A DNA stretch of 47,780 nucleotides from an uncultured Gammaproteobacteria bacterium (GCA_913041905.1 CAJWJQ010000003.1:1-47780); one strand, 5' to 3'; positions 20,443 through 31,991 are shown, counted from the stretch's first letter. Translations and numbers: made by a program. The notes: generated from the letters alone by a model not told the origin.

Positions 20443-21036
20443 ATGACTGAATCAAAAAAACCATCTAACAGAAGAAAATTTTTAACTCACCTTACTCAAG
20501 TATTAGGTGGAGTAGGCGGGGTTTTTTCCATTATACCGTTTCTTAAAACAATGTCTCCAAGCTCTAGAGCGAAGGCAGCAGGAGCTCCAATAGAGATAGA
20601 TATATCTAATCTGCAACCTGGCTCATATAAAGTAGTAGAGTGGAGAGGAAAACCAGTTTGGATTGTTAGAAGAACACAAAATATGATTGATAAAACTTTA
20701 GAGGATAATAATCAATTAAGTGATCCAAAATCATTAGAAGAACACCAACCTAACTATACTAAAAACAAATTCAGATCTATTAATCCTGAATATCTTGTAT
20801 TACTTGGAGTTTGTACGCATTTAGGCTGTTCACCTTTATATAAACCAAACGCAAAATCAAAAGAACTAGGACTTGATTGGAAGGGAGGATTTTTTTGCCC
20901 ATGCCACGGATCAAAATTTGATTTGTCAGGGCGAGTGCACAAAGGAATGCCTGCCCCATACAATTTAGAAGTACCACCTTATTATTTTGTTAGCGAAACT
21001 AAAATCATTGTTGGTGAAAATGGGGATAATGTGTAA
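20443..21036 (+). CDS. petA: Cytochrome bc1 Rieske Fe-S subunit
   Basis: Tat RRKFL, CTHLGC, CPCHGS. Confidence 0.97.
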   Translation: MTESKKPSNRRKFLTHLTQVLGGVGGVFSIIPFLKTMSPSSRAKAAGAPIEIDISNLQPGSYKVVEWRGKPVWIVRRTQNMIDKTLEDNNQLSDPKSLEEHQPNYTKNKFRSINPEYLVLLGVCTHLGCSPLYKPNAKSKELGLDWKGGFFCPCHGSKFDLSGRVHKGMPAPYNLEVPPYYFVSETKIIVGENGDNV

Positions 21037-22253
21037 TGAATAGGTTAATGGCATGGATAGATGAAAGATTGCCAGTCAGTAATTTTGTCAAAAACCATTT
21101 ATCACAATACTACGCACCTAAAAATTTTAATTTTTTTTATTATTTCGGAGCTTTAGCAATATTTATTTTTATACTTCAGATTGTTACTGGGATATTTTTA
21201 ACTATAAACTATAAGCCCGATGCCGCCCAAGCATTTGCCTCAGTAGAATATATTATGAGAGATGTAGAATGGGGTTGGTTAATTAGATATATGCACTCTA
21301 CAGGAGCATCTTTCTTTTTCATAATAATATATTTACACATGTTTAGAGCAATGATGTATGGCTCTTATAAAAACCCAAGAGAACTGCTTTGGATTTTTGG
21401 GATGCTTATTTTCGTATTATTGATGGCAGAAGCTTTTATGGGATATCTATTACCTTGGGGACAAATGTCATATTGGGGAGCTCAAGTAATCATATCCTTG
21501 TTTGGAGCAATTCCATTTATTGGAGAATCGCTAGCGTTATGGATAAGAGGTGATTATGTAATATCTGACGCCACTCTTAACAGATTCTTTGCCTTCCATG
21601 TTATAGCGCTACCTTTATTATTGTTTGCGTTAATTTATTTGCATTTAGCTGCACTGCATACTACAGGCTCTAATAATCCAGATGGTATAGAAATTAAAGA
21701 ACATAAAGATGAAAATGGAATTCCTCTAGATGGCATACCATTTCATCCTTATTACACAGTTAAAGATGTTTTTGGATTATCATTTTTTTTAATTATTTTT
21801 GCATTTATTGTTTTTTTTCTGCCAGAATTAGGAGGATATTTTCTTGAGAAGGATAACTTTGTTCCCGCTAATCCTTTAAAAACACCAGAACATATTGTGC
21901 CAGTATGGTACTTCACTCCATTTTATGCAATTTTAAGAGCTATTCCAGATAAATTTGGAGGGGTGCTTGCAATGGGATTAGCAATTTTTGTATTATTTCT
22001 ACTTCCTTGGATTGATAGATGTTCTGTAAAATCAATGAGATATAGATCAAGAATTTACAAAATCTTATTAACTTTTTTTGCTATAAGTTTTGTTGGTTTG
22101 GGTTATATTGGAATGAATCCTGTAACGCCAATTCTTACTTGGATAGGACGATTATTTACATTAATATATTTTGGTTTTTTTATAGCCTTATATTTTATTA
22201 GTCCTAAAGAAAAAACTAAAAAGGTACCTGATAGAGTTACAACGCATGAATAA
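21036..22253 (+). CDS. petB: Cytochrome b
   Basis: RYMHSTGAS, PWGQMSYWG, PVWY variant of the PEWY motif. Confidence 0.97.
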   Translation: MNRLMAWIDERLPVSNFVKNHLSQYYAPKNFNFFYYFGALAIFIFILQIVTGIFLTINYKPDAAQAFASVEYIMRDVEWGWLIRYMHSTGASFFFIIIYLHMFRAMMYGSYKNPRELLWIFGMLIFVLLMAEAFMGYLLPWGQMSYWGAQVIISLFGAIPFIGESLALWIRGDYVISDATLNRFFAFHVIALPLLLFALIYLHLAALHTTGSNNPDGIEIKEHKDENGIPLDGIPFHPYYTVKDVFGLSFFLIIFAFIVFFLPELGGYFLEKDNFVPANPLKTPEHIVPVWYFTPFYAILRAIPDKFGGVLAMGLAIFVLFLLPWIDRCSVKSMRYRSRIYKILLTFFAISFVGLGYIGMNPVTPILTWIGRLFTLIYFGFFIALYFISPKEKTKKVPDRVTTHE

Positions 22254-22968
22254 ATATATTCTTATATTACCTTTTATTTTTTACTCATCTTTAGTTGGAG
22301 CATCTGCTAACCCTGAATTACAGACGGTTTTAATTGATTTGAATAATAAGGCGTCATTACAAAGAGGAGCGAAAATATTTATGAATAATTGTTTTGGCTG
22401 CCATAGTCTTAAATATCAAAGATATGTAAAATTTATAGATCACTTATCTCTTGATCAAGAAACAATAGAAACAAATTTAATTTTTACTACTGATAGAAAT
22501 GGTAAACCAACTAAAATAGGCTCTCTTATGTTAAACGCTGTTAACCCAGACCATTCAAAAGAATCTTTTGGTATTACACCACCTGATTTAACATTAATTG
22601 CTCGCTCCAGAGGACCAGACTGGCTTTACACTTTTTTAATGTCATTTTATCAAGATGAAAGTAGACCGTTTGGAGTTAATAATAAATTATATCCAAATAT
22701 TAGCATGCCACATGTTCTTTGGTGGATGGAAGGAATAAAAAAACCAATTAATAGCGATTTGTCTGAGTTTGAATACGTGAAAAAAGGCAATATGACTGAG
22801 ATAGAATATAAACAATCAACAACAGATTTGGTAAATTTTTTGACCTATGTATCTGAACCTGCTCAATTAGATAGATATAGGATAGGTTTTTGGGTTATGA
22901 TATTCCTCGTAATATTCTCATTTGTAGCATTTTTATTAAAAATTGAATATTGGAAGGACATAGATTAA
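22246..22968 (+). CDS. petC: Cytochrome c1
   Basis: CFGCH heme motif, PPDLTL, SMPHVL, C-terminal TM then EYWKD. Confidence 0.95.
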   Translation: MNKYILILPFIFYSSLVGASANPELQTVLIDLNNKASLQRGAKIFMNNCFGCHSLKYQRYVKFIDHLSLDQETIETNLIFTTDRNGKPTKIGSLMLNAVNPDHSKESFGITPPDLTLIARSRGPDWLYTFLMSFYQDESRPFGVNNKLYPNISMPHVLWWMEGIKKPINSDLSEFEYVKKGNMTEIEYKQSTTDLVNFLTYVSEPAQLDRYRIGFWVMIFLVIFSFVAFLLKIEYWKDID

Positions 22969-22969
22969 T

Positions 22970-23584
22970 ATGACATCATTAGCAAACCGCAGATCTGCAA
23001 TTTTATTATTTTCTTTACCGGATTGTTTACACAGTCATCGAACAAGATTGGTTATCAAAGAGAAAGAAATATCGGCAGAATTGCATGAAATTGATATAAA
23101 CAACATCTCTGAAGAAATAAAAGCTATAAGCCCTTACGATGATTTCCCAACACTAGTTGACAGAGATTTAATTTTACAAAACTCAAGAGTAATTATTGAA
23201 TATTTAGATGAAAGATTTCCTCATCCCCCTTTATTACCAGTTGATCCTGTTGCAAGAGCTAAATTTAGGTTAGCGCTTGATAGGATTGAGAATGATTGGT
23301 ATCCAGAATTTGATAAAGCATATAATAATGGAATGCTTGATAATTCTTTTCAGGATAAAATTAAATCCTATTTTTTAGAAATAGTCCCTTTGCTTAATAA
23401 TAACTTTTTTATGAGTACAGATTTTGGTTTAGTAGACTGTAGTTTAGCTCCATTATTATGGAGAATTAAATGTCTAGGCATGGAAATAAAAGAGAACAAA
23501 GAAATTATTGACGCATACTCAGAAAGAATTTTTAATCGAGAATCTTTTCAGGCTAGTTTAAGTGAAACTGAAAAAGACATGTAA
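22970..23584 (+). CDS. sspA: Stringent starvation protein A
   Basis: SHRTRLV, PTLVDRDL, EYLDERFPHPPL. Confidence 0.94.
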   Translation: MTSLANRRSAILLFSLPDCLHSHRTRLVIKEKEISAELHEIDINNISEEIKAISPYDDFPTLVDRDLILQNSRVIIEYLDERFPHPPLLPVDPVARAKFRLALDRIENDWYPEFDKAYNNGMLDNSFQDKIKSYFLEIVPLLNNNFFMSTDFGLVDCSLAPLLWRIKCLGMEIKENKEIIDAYSERIFNRESFQASLSETEKDM

Positions 23585-23586
23585 TT

Positions 23587-24171
23587 TTAGTTGTTTGCAT
23601 ACTTATCTATACATTCACATATAGCATGAATTATAATTAAATGCATTTCTTGTATTCTACTAGTTCTTGTATGCGGAACAATAATATCAATATCATGAGT
23701 ATCAAGAAGTTTTTTAGATTCACCGCCATCATTACCAGAAATTAGTATAGTAATCATTTTTTTCTTTTTAGCTGATTTAATAGCTTCAAGAATATTTGTA
23801 GAATTCCCGCTAGTAGTAAAAGCCATTAAAACATCATTTTGTTTGCCAAAAGCATTAATTTGTTTTGAAAAAATATATTCGTAGCCATAATCATTAGCGA
23901 TCGAAGTCATAGCTGCCGTATCTGAGTTTAGTGATATCGCTGGCAATTCTTTTCTTTCAATTTCAAATCTATTAATAAACTCCGATGATATATGTTGAGC
24001 ATCACCAGAAGAACCTCCATTGCCACAGGTTAACAATTTTCCAGAATTATTAATCATATCAATGAGAGTAGACGTAGCTTTTTCAATTGATGGAAGTATT
24101 TTTTCAACTGTTAAAGAATTTATTTCTTGATTCTCTAAAAAGTTTGATTTTATTATTTCTAACTTGTTCAT
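23587..24171 (-). CDS. gmhA: Phosphoheptose isomerase GmhA / DiaA-like SIS protein
   Basis: CGNGGS..DAQH, SIANDY, TSGNS, RIQEMH; GmhA versus DiaA cannot be resolved by eye. Confidence 0.8.
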   Translation of the reverse strand: MNKLEIIKSNFLENQEINSLTVEKILPSIEKATSTLIDMINNSGKLLTCGNGGSSGDAQHISSEFINRFEIERKELPAISLNSDTAAMTSIANDYGYEYIFSKQINAFGKQNDVLMAFTTSGNSTNILEAIKSAKKKKMITILISGNDGGESKKLLDTHDIDIIVPHTRTSRIQEMHLIIIHAICECIDKYANN

Positions 24172-24242
24172 GTTTAATTTATGGACATTGTTTATAGTAC
24201 ATTATAATCTAGCAAGAATAAACATTATACATATGCAATCTT

Positions 24243-25070
24243 ATGAAAGGCAATCTTTATATAGTGGCAACACCAATTGGTAATCTCAAAGATATAACAA
24301 TTAGAGCATTAGAGATTCTAAAAAAAAGTGATTATATTTTAGCTGAGAGTTCTGCTAGAACCTCAAAGCTATTAAATGAATATAATATTAAAAAAAAAAT
24401 TATCACTTTTAATAAAGACAATGAAAAAAGAAAGAAAAACTCGATAATTAAGAATCTTTGCGAAGGATTAGAAATATCATTAGTTTCTGATGCTGGGACA
24501 CCTTCAATATCAGATCCTGGTTTTGAGCTAATAAAGAATAATCAAGGTAGATTCCACGTAATACCTATACCCGGCCCCAGCTCCTTAACTAGTGCTTTAT
24601 CTGTTTCAGAAATACCCATTAATAATTTTGTTTTTTTAGGATTTCTTTCAAAAAAAATAGGTGAGTTAAAACAACAAATTATTTCTCTTAAAAATACGGG
24701 TAAACCAGGAGTTATATTTGAGAGTAAATATAGAGTTATTAGAGTTATAAAAGAAATAATACGTATTATGGGTGGAGATACTAAAATAGGAGTTTTTCGT
24801 GAAATAACAAAATTACATGAAGAAATATTTTTTGACTCAGCTGACAAAGTATTATTATCATTACAAAATAATGTGGTATCTGGTGAAATTACTCTAATTA
24901 TAGGAACGCCTATAAAAACAACCAATAACCCTGATGAATTACGAGAACAGGTTTTAAAACTCTTGCAAAATTACACTCAGAAAGAAACTGTTGATATATT
25001 GATGCTATTCACAGATATAAACAAGAAAGATTTATACAAATATGTATTAAGTGTTAGACAGGAGGAGTAG
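24243..25070 (+). CDS. rsmI: 16S rRNA C1402 2'-O-methyltransferase
   Basis: LYIVATPIGNL.DIT.RA, VSDAGTPSISDPG, PIPGPS, REITKLHEE. Confidence 0.94.
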   Translation: MKGNLYIVATPIGNLKDITIRALEILKKSDYILAESSARTSKLLNEYNIKKKIITFNKDNEKRKKNSIIKNLCEGLEISLVSDAGTPSISDPGFELIKNNQGRFHVIPIPGPSSLTSALSVSEIPINNFVFLGFLSKKIGELKQQIISLKNTGKPGVIFESKYRVIRVIKEIIRIMGGDTKIGVFREITKLHEEIFFDSADKVLLSLQNNVVSGEITLIIGTPIKTTNNPDELREQVLKLLQNYTQKETVDILMLFTDINKKDLYKYVLSVRQEE

Positions 25071-25083
25071 ACTGCCGTATTAT
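25055..25083 (+). promoter_or_regulatory. Putative sigma-70 promoter for carAB
   Basis: TAGACA (25055-60), 17-nt spacer, TATTAT (25078-83). Confidence 0.5.
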
Positions 25084-25115
25084 ATAGTTTTAGTGAAACT
25101 AAAAAAATTACAATT

Positions 25116-25148
25116 AAAGATGACTCACATAGAGCCATCTTTTTTTTT
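25116..25148 (+). terminator. Intrinsic terminator-like hairpin in the carA leader (possible attenuator)
   Basis: aaagatgactc-acata-gagccatcttt with one mismatch, followed by a T run to 25148. Confidence 0.6.
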
Positions 25149-25165
25149 ATATAAAGAATTAAGAT

Positions 25166-26302
25166 TTGAATACACGTGATGCATTACTATTACTGGCTGA
25201 TGGGACTTCTTTTTATGGAAAATCCATAGGTATTAAGGGTATTTCTGTAGGAGAAGTAGTTTTCAATACATCGATGACTGGTTATCAAGAAATAATTACC
25301 GACCCTTCATATCATAGTCAAATTATAACTTTCACAAACCCTCACATTGGTAACACAGGAATCAATCCAGAAGATTTAGAATCAAAAAAAATCCATGCAT
25401 CCGGAATTATTATCAGGGATCAGGAAATACTCGCAAATAACTGGAGGAAAACTGATTTATTAGATAACTTTCTAAAGGAAAATAAAATTGTTGGAATTTC
25501 TGGCATTGATACAAGAAAGCTAACAAAAGTATTGCGAAACAATGGTTCACAAAACGGGTGTATTTTATGTGGAAATAATCCTGACATAAAGACAGCAAAG
25601 AAATCTTTAGATGAATTTCCAGGATTAGAGAATCAAGATTTAGCAATTGAAGTTACTACTAATAAAAATTATAAATGGTCTGAAGTAGTCCATAATATAT
25701 ATGACAAAAATATCCCTAACATAAAAGAAAGTTTTAACGTAGTAGCCTATGATTTTGGTATAAAACATAATATTTTAAGGATCTTAAAAAGTTTTGGTTA
25801 CAATTTAACGGTTGTACCAGCAGATTTACCAGCAAAAGAAGTGCTTAATTTAAAACCAGACGGAGTTTTTTTATCTAATGGTCCAGGAGACCCAAAAGCT
25901 TGTGAATATGCAATTGAAAATATAAAATTATTACTTGAAAATAAAATTCCTTTGTTTGGTATTTGTTTAGGTTTTCAATTATTAGCTCTTGCTTCAGGAG
26001 CAAAAACTAAAAAAATGAAATTTGGTCATCATGGAGCAAATCATCCAGTATTGGATATCGAAAATAAAAAAGTATTGATAACTAGTCAGAACCATGGGTT
26101 TATGGTCGACAATGAAAGTCTGCCTAAACATATAATACCTACACACAAATCATTGTTTGATGATTCTTTACAAGGTTTTGTGGTTGAAAACAGAAAGGCG
26201 TTTGGTTTTCAAGGTCACCCTGAAGCTAGTCCTGGGCCCCATGATATTCATTACATTTTTGAAAAGTTTTTTACATTTATGACACAGAGTAAAAATGCCT
26301 AA
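25166..26302 (+). CDS. carA: Carbamoyl-phosphate synthase small subunit (TTG start)
   Basis: [36 protein letters not shown]. Confidence 0.97.
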   Translation: MNTRDALLLLADGTSFYGKSIGIKGISVGEVVFNTSMTGYQEIITDPSYHSQIITFTNPHIGNTGINPEDLESKKIHASGIIIRDQEILANNWRKTDLLDNFLKENKIVGISGIDTRKLTKVLRNNGSQNGCILCGNNPDIKTAKKSLDEFPGLENQDLAIEVTTNKNYKWSEVVHNIYDKNIPNIKESFNVVAYDFGIKHNILRILKSFGYNLTVVPADLPAKEVLNLKPDGVFLSNGPGDPKACEYAIENIKLLLENKIPLFGICLGFQLLALASGAKTKKMKFGHHGANHPVLDIENKKVLITSQNHGFMVDNESLPKHIIPTHKSLFDDSLQGFVVENRKAFGFQGHPEASPGPHDIHYIFEKFFTFMTQSKNA

Positions 26303-29300
26303 AAATAAAGATATAAAGAGCGTTTTAATAATAGGAGCTGGCCCGATTATTATCGGACAAGCTTGTGAGTTTGATTATTCTGGAGTTCAAGCCTGTAAAG
26401 CTTTAAAAGAAGAAGGAATAAAGGTTATTTTAGTTAATTCTAATCCTGCCACTATTATGACTGACCCAGATATGGCAGATAAAATTTATATTGAACCAAT
26501 TCACTGGAGAAATATTGAGAAAATTATTATTAAAGAAAAACCTGATGCAATTTTACCAACAATGGGCGGCCAAACTGCTTTGAATACAACCCTCGATTTG
26601 AATCGTCACAAAATTTTAGAAAAAAATAACGTTGAAATCATCGGAGCAAGCATAAATTCTATAGACATGGCTGAAGATAGAGAATTATTTAAAAACGCGA
26701 TGACAGAAATTGGACTAGAAACACCTCTAGCTTATATTGCACATACATATGATGAGGCGTTAGAACATCAAAAAAAGATTGGTTTTCCAATTTTAATTAG
26801 ACCATCTTTCACACTAGGAGGAACAGGCGGAGGTATAGCATACAATATACAAGATTTTGAAACTATAGTTAAAAGAGGCCTTGATTTGTCTCCTACAACA
26901 GAAGTATTAATAGAGGAGTCGGTTATTGGCTGGAAAGAATTTGAAATGGAGGTTGTAAGAGATAAGAATGATAATTGTATTATTGTGTGTTCAATTGAAA
27001 ATATTGATCCAATGGGCATACACACAGGAGACTCTATAACTGTTGCGCCAGCACAAACATTAACTGACAAAGAATATCAAAACCTAAGAAATGCATCAAT
27101 ACAGGTTTTAAGAAAAATTGGGGTAGATACTGGAGGATCTAATGTGCAGTTTGCAATATCACCCGAGAATGGAAGAATATTTGTTATTGAGATGAATCCA
27201 CGTGTTTCAAGATCATCAGCACTAGCATCAAAAGCTACTGGTTTTCCAATTGCTAAAATTGCTGCAAAACTTGCAATTGGTTATTCATTAGATGAATTGA
27301 GAAATGAAATAACAGGCAATGTAATACCTGCATCTTTTGAGCCAAGCATAGATTATGTTGTTACTAAAATGCCAAGATTTGCTTTTGAAAAATTTAAAGA
27401 AGCAAACAATAAATTAACAACTCAAATGAAATCTGTTGGCGAAGTTATGGCTATTGGTAGAAATTTCCAAGAATCATTTCAAAAGGCACTTAGAGGCCTA
27501 GAAATCGGAATTGATGGTTTGGCAAAACCTAAGTTTTCTGGTTTATCTAAAAAAGAAGATTTTGATATAATAAAAAACAAACTTATATCAGCAACTCCTC
27601 AAAGAATACTCTATGTTGCAGAAGCATTTAGGTTAGGTCAAAGCATATCTGATATATATGAATTAACTAAAATAGACCAATGGTTTTTATCACAAATAAA
27701 AGATCTAGTAGAGGAAGAATATAATCTATCAAACCAAAATGTTGCAGATTTAAATAAAGATTGTCTTCTTAATTTAAAACGTAAAGGTTTTTCTGATTCT
27801 TTTATTGCAAACTGTATAAATACCAAGGAAAAGGATGTAAGAAATTTAAGAAAATCATTTAATATTAGCCCAGTCTATAAAAGAGTTGATACCTGCGCTG
27901 CTGAATTTGAAGCTACAACAGCTTATCTGTATTCAACTTATGATCTAGAATGTGAATCTAATCCATCAAATAATAAAAAAATAATGATTCTAGGAGGAGG
28001 ACCAAATAGAATTGGGCAAGGCATTGAATTTGATTATTGTTGTGTTCATGCATCCTTAGCGCTCAGAGACGAAGGTTTTGAAACAATAATGGTTAATTGT
28101 AACCCTGAAACAGTTTCTACAGATTTTGATATCTCAGATAGACTATATTTTGAGCCATTAACATTTGAGGATGTAATGTCGATTATAGATGTAGAAAAAC
28201 CTGATGGAGTGATTGTTCAATATGGTGGGCAAACACCCCTAAAGTTAGCAAATTTACTTAAATCTAATAATGTAAACATTATTGGTACTTCACCAGAAGC
28301 TATAGACACGGCAGAAGATAGAGAGAAATTTAAATTATTGGTCGAAAAGCTAAATCTAACTCAACCAAATAATTCCACAGCAACCAACACAGAAGAAGCT
28401 CTTAAAGTTGCAGCAAAAATTGGTTACCCGCTTGTTGTACGTCCGTCTTATGTGTTGGGAGGACGAGCTATGGAGATAGTGGCAACTAATGATGATTTAA
28501 AAAAATATATGGATGAAGCAGTATCTGTTTCAAATGATTCGCCAGTTTTATTGGATAAATTTTTAAATGATGCTATTGAAGTAGACATAGATATTATATC
28601 TGATGGCAAAAATGTTTTTATAGGTGCAATTATGGAACATATAGAAGAAGCTGGAATCCATTCTGGTGATTCTGGTTGTTCAATTCCTCCGTATACATTA
28701 TCTAGTAAAATACTAGCAAACCTTAGAGAACAAGTAACCAAGCTAGCTTTAGAGTTAAAAGTTATTGGCTTAATGAACGCTCAGTTTGCTATTAAGGACC
28801 AAGAGATATTTTTATTAGAAGTAAATCCTAGGGCATCTAGAACAGCCCCATTTGTATCTAAAGCGATTGGAATACAACTTGCAAAAATCGGAGCTTTAGT
28901 AATGGCAGGAAAAACTCTTAAAGATCTTAAGACAACTAAAGAGATAGTTCCAAAATATTATTCGGTTAAAGAAGCAGTTTTACCATTTTCAAAATTCCCT
29001 GAAGTTGATGTGTTATTAGGGCCAGAAATGAAATCAACAGGTGAAGTTATGGGTATAGGAGACAGTTTTGGAGAAGCATATTTCAAAGCTCAAAGAGCAG
29101 CAAGCGTAATCCTGCCAAAGAAAGGAAATGTATTTTTAAGCGTCAGGGATAAAGATAAACCAGCAATTTGTGATATAGCAAAAGATCTTAAAAATATTGG
29201 TTTTAATTTATATGCAACAAAAGGTACCCAAGCTTATTTAGAGAGTCATAATATTGAATGTTCAAAAATAAACAAAGTTAAAGAAGGCCAGCCTCATATT

Positions 29301-29519
29301 GTAGATATGATAAAAAACGGAGATGTTGACCTAATTATAAATACAACAGAAGGAGCGATATCAATTAAAGACTCATTTTCAATAAGAAAGGAAGCAAATA
29401 ACAATAATGTTTGTTTGACTACTACAATCTCTGGAGCAAAAGCATTTTGTAAAGCTATATTATTTATAGATAATTTTAATGTTACAGATATTCAATCTAG
29501 GCATAATACATTAAATTAG
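26295..29519 (+). CDS. carB: Carbamoyl-phosphate synthase large subunit
   Basis: [44 protein letters not shown] domain. Confidence 0.98.
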   Translation: MPKNKDIKSVLIIGAGPIIIGQACEFDYSGVQACKALKEEGIKVILVNSNPATIMTDPDMADKIYIEPIHWRNIEKIIIKEKPDAILPTMGGQTALNTTLDLNRHKILEKNNVEIIGASINSIDMAEDRELFKNAMTEIGLETPLAYIAHTYDEALEHQKKIGFPILIRPSFTLGGTGGGIAYNIQDFETIVKRGLDLSPTTEVLIEESVIGWKEFEMEVVRDKNDNCIIVCSIENIDPMGIHTGDSITVAPAQTLTDKEYQNLRNASIQVLRKIGVDTGGSNVQFAISPENGRIFVIEMNPRVSRSSALASKATGFPIAKIAAKLAIGYSLDELRNEITGNVIPASFEPSIDYVVTKMPRFAFEKFKEANNKLTTQMKSVGEVMAIGRNFQESFQKALRGLEIGIDGLAKPKFSGLSKKEDFDIIKNKLISATPQRILYVAEAFRLGQSISDIYELTKIDQWFLSQIKDLVEEEYNLSNQNVADLNKDCLLNLKRKGFSDSFIANCINTKEKDVRNLRKSFNISPVYKRVDTCAAEFEATTAYLYSTYDLECESNPSNNKKIMILGGGPNRIGQGIEFDYCCVHASLALRDEGFETIMVNCNPETVSTDFDISDRLYFEPLTFEDVMSIIDVEKPDGVIVQYGGQTPLKLANLLKSNNVNIIGTSPEAIDTAEDREKFKLLVEKLNLTQPNNSTATNTEEALKVAAKIGYPLVVRPSYVLGGRAMEIVATNDDLKKYMDEAVSVSNDSPVLLDKFLNDAIEVDIDIISDGKNVFIGAIMEHIEEAGIHSGDSGCSIPPYTLSSKILANLREQVTKLALELKVIGLMNAQFAIKDQEIFLLEVNPRASRTAPFVSKAIGIQLAKIGALVMAGKTLKDLKTTKEIVPKYYSVKEAVLPFSKFPEVDVLLGPEMKSTGEVMGIGDSFGEAYFKAQRAASVILPKKGNVFLSVRDKDKPAICDIAKDLKNIGFNLYATKGTQAYLESHNIECSKINKVKEGQPHIVDMIKNGDVDLIINTTEGAISIKDSFSIRKEANNNNVCLTTTISGAKAFCKAILFIDNFNVTDIQSRHNTLN

Positions 29520-30754
29520 TAATCACAATTATTATATTTTTTTAAATCAATTAATTTTTCATTATTGGCAACTATACAAGTTATACAAGTATCGCCACAA
29601 ACATTAATGCTAGTTCTTAGCATATCAAGTAATCTGTCTACTCCTAATAACAAACCAATTCCTTCTAAAGGTATTCCAACCTCTGTTAAAATAAGAGATA
29701 ACATAATTATGCCTGCTCCAGGCACTCCTGCTGTACCAATTGACGCCATAGTAGCGGTAAGAATTATTGTTACAAAATCTCCAAATTCTAAATTAATACC
29801 ATAGTAAGATGCTAGAAAAAAAGTAGCGCAACCTTGCATTATTGCGGTACCATCCATATTTATGGTAGCCCCTAAAGGTATAGAAAAAGACGATACAGAC
29901 TTGTCAACTCCAAAATCATTATTAACAGTTTTTAGAGTAAATGGAATAGATGCATTGCTACTAGATGTGCTGAATGTAAAAATTATGAGTGACTTAAGTT
30001 TAGTATAAAATGTTTTGTTATTTAGATTTGAAAATATAGTTAATAAAAGCGAATATGTAGCAAAAAAATGTATTAATAAAACTAAAATAACAACTAGAAA
30101 ATATTTAAGTATAGGCATGAAAACACCTATGCCTTGAATTGAAAATGTTTCTGCAAGAAGGCAAAATACTGCAATTGGTGTTAATTTTATAATTATTAAA
30201 ACCATTTTGTTAAAAATTTTGTTAAGATTTTCAATCAAATTAATAAATTGAGGAATATCATTTTTTATTAAAGATGATGCAATACCAAGAAAAATTGCGA
30301 AAAAGAGAACTTGAATAACATTACCTTCAGATAATGCTTGAAAAAAATTTTCAGGAATAAAAACTGACAACACGCTTCCTTGTGTATTTTCAATATTGTC
30401 AATATTTATATTATTTACTAATGAAATATTTGAAGCATCATAATTAATAAAACTAGACACAAGTAATGCTAAACTGATAGCAATTATTGTTGTTAATATA
30501 TAAAGTGACAAAGTTTTTATTCCAATCCTGCCTAACATAGAGATATCACTTATTGAGACAATACCAGCTAACACTGATACAAAAATTAATGGTAGAACAA
30601 TCATCTTTAAAAGAATTAAAAATATAGAAGATATGGTATTAAAGATAATATTTATGTTTAGTAAAATATTTTCATTTAAAAATAGGTTATTAAGTAATAG
30701 TCCAACAAAAATGCCAAATAACATTGCAAATAAGACTTTATTTGTGAAGCTCAT
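29516..30754 (-). CDS. Dicarboxylate/amino acid:cation symporter (DAACS)
   Basis: [38 protein letters not shown]. Confidence 0.93.
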   Translation of the reverse strand: MSFTNKVLFAMLFGIFVGLLLNNLFLNENILLNINIIFNTISSIFLILLKMIVLPLIFVSVLAGIVSISDISMLGRIGIKTLSLYILTTIIAISLALLVSSFINYDASNISLVNNINIDNIENTQGSVLSVFIPENFFQALSEGNVIQVLFFAIFLGIASSLIKNDIPQFINLIENLNKIFNKMVLIIIKLTPIAVFCLLAETFSIQGIGVFMPILKYFLVVILVLLIHFFATYSLLLTIFSNLNNKTFYTKLKSLIIFTFSTSSSNASIPFTLKTVNNDFGVDKSVSSFSIPLGATINMDGTAIMQGCATFFLASYYGINLEFGDFVTIILTATMASIGTAGVPGAGIIMLSLILTEVGIPLEGIGLLLGVDRLLDMLRTSINVCGDTCITCIVANNEKLIDLKKYNNCDY

Positions 30755-30761
30755 AAAATTG

Positions 30762-31259
30762 TTAAATACACTTCATTGCATTTTCATAATTAGGCTCATT
30801 TGCAATTTCATTTACTAATTCTGTATGGATAATATTATCATCTTTATCTATAACAACTATTGCTCTTGCCGTAATGCCTTTAAGAGGCCCATCAGTAATC
30901 AATACACCATAGTCTTTAGCAAAATTTCTTGAGCGCATCATTGATAGTGATTTTATTAAAGTTAATGATTCTGATGAACAAAACCTTTCCATTGCAAAAG
31001 GTAAGTCAGCAGAAATTGTTAAAACCACTGCATCTTTAATAGAATTTATTTTTTCATTAAAAACTTTTGTTGATTTTTGACAAACAGGAGTATCTAAACT
31101 CGGAACTATATTTAGTACCTTGTACATATTTTTAAAAGTAGATAGTGAAATATCATTTAATTGAGAATCGACTAATATAAAATCAGGTGCTTTGTCTCCA
31201 ACTTGTGGTAATTCACCGCTAGTATTAATTGGATTACCTTGAAATGTTATTTGAGCCAT
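30762..31259 (-). CDS. tpx: Thiol peroxidase
   Basis: PSLDTPVC, SADLPFAMERFC, EIANEPNY. Confidence 0.95.
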   Translation of the reverse strand: MAQITFQGNPINTSGELPQVGDKAPDFILVDSQLNDISLSTFKNMYKVLNIVPSLDTPVCQKSTKVFNEKINSIKDAVVLTISADLPFAMERFCSSESLTLIKSLSMMRSRNFAKDYGVLITDGPLKGITARAIVVIDKDDNIIHTELVNEIANEPNYENAMKCI

Positions 31260-31293
31260 ACATAATCATAACAATCTAAATATTTGAATTCAA

Positions 31294-31302
31294 TGATATA
31301 AT
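31294..31302 (+). promoter_or_regulatory. Extended -10 element upstream of rlmE
   Basis: TGaTATAAT ending 6-9 nt before the GTG/ATG start. Confidence 0.45.
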
Positions 31303-31307
31303 ATTTT

Positions 31308-31931
31308 GTGATGGTTAAGAATAATAAAAAAGCTGAATGGGTAAAAAAACATATTAGCGATACATATGTTAAAAAATCTAAACAAAGTAATTATCGATCT
31401 AGAGCAGCATTTAAACTTAAAAACATAGATCAAAAGTATAATTTTTTATCTAATACTAGAAATGTTATTGATCTAGGGTGCGCGCCAGGGTCTTGGTTGC
31501 AAGTTCTTAAAGAATATAAAAATATTAAACTTATTGTAGGAGTTGATTTATTAGATTTTAAACCCTTAGAAAAAGTAGAGTTTTACAAGTGCGATATAAG
31601 AAATAGAGAATTAATATCAGAGATATCATCTAAATATAATTGTAAATTTGACCTTGTATTATCTGATATTGCCCCCAATATTACAGGTATAAGCGATATA
31701 GATCAGGCAAATTTTTATGAATTAGCTGAGAATATCTCAAATTTTTGTGAATTTTTACTTATACCTGGCGGTATGCTTATTATGAAATATTTTTTAGGAA
31801 CCAACTATAATGATGTAAATAATCTTCTTAGAGATCATTTTAATAAAATTTCTGTTTTTAAACCTGATGCATCTAAAAGAAAAAGTAGCGAAATATACCT
31901 AATTTGCAATGATTATAAGGATATATGTTAG
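31308..31931 (+). CDS. rlmE: 23S rRNA Um2552 methyltransferase (start 31308 or 31311)
   Basis: YRSRAAFKL, DLGCAPGSWLQ, SDIAPN, KPDASKRKSSE. Confidence 0.95.
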   Translation: MMVKNNKKAEWVKKHISDTYVKKSKQSNYRSRAAFKLKNIDQKYNFLSNTRNVIDLGCAPGSWLQVLKEYKNIKLIVGVDLLDFKPLEKVEFYKCDIRNRELISEISSKYNCKFDLVLSDIAPNITGISDIDQANFYELAENISNFCEFLLIPGGMLIMKYFLGTNYNDVNNLLRDHFNKISVFKPDASKRKSSEIYLICNDYKDIC

Positions 31932-31947
31932 ATTATGAGTGATAAAA

Positions 31948-31976
31948 TTGACAATAAAGATAGTAGAAACTAGACT
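31948..31976 (+). promoter_or_regulatory. Putative sigma-70 promoter for ftsH
   Basis: TTGACA (31948-53), 17-nt spacer, TAGACT (31971-76). Confidence 0.6.
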
Positions 31977-31991
31977 TAGAGTAAATAAGCT

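Noticed and set aside
25061-25165. rnpB (RNase P RNA), which often follows rsmI
   Set aside because: The gap is about 95 nt and AT-rich, with no GAGGAAAGUCC-type conserved element.
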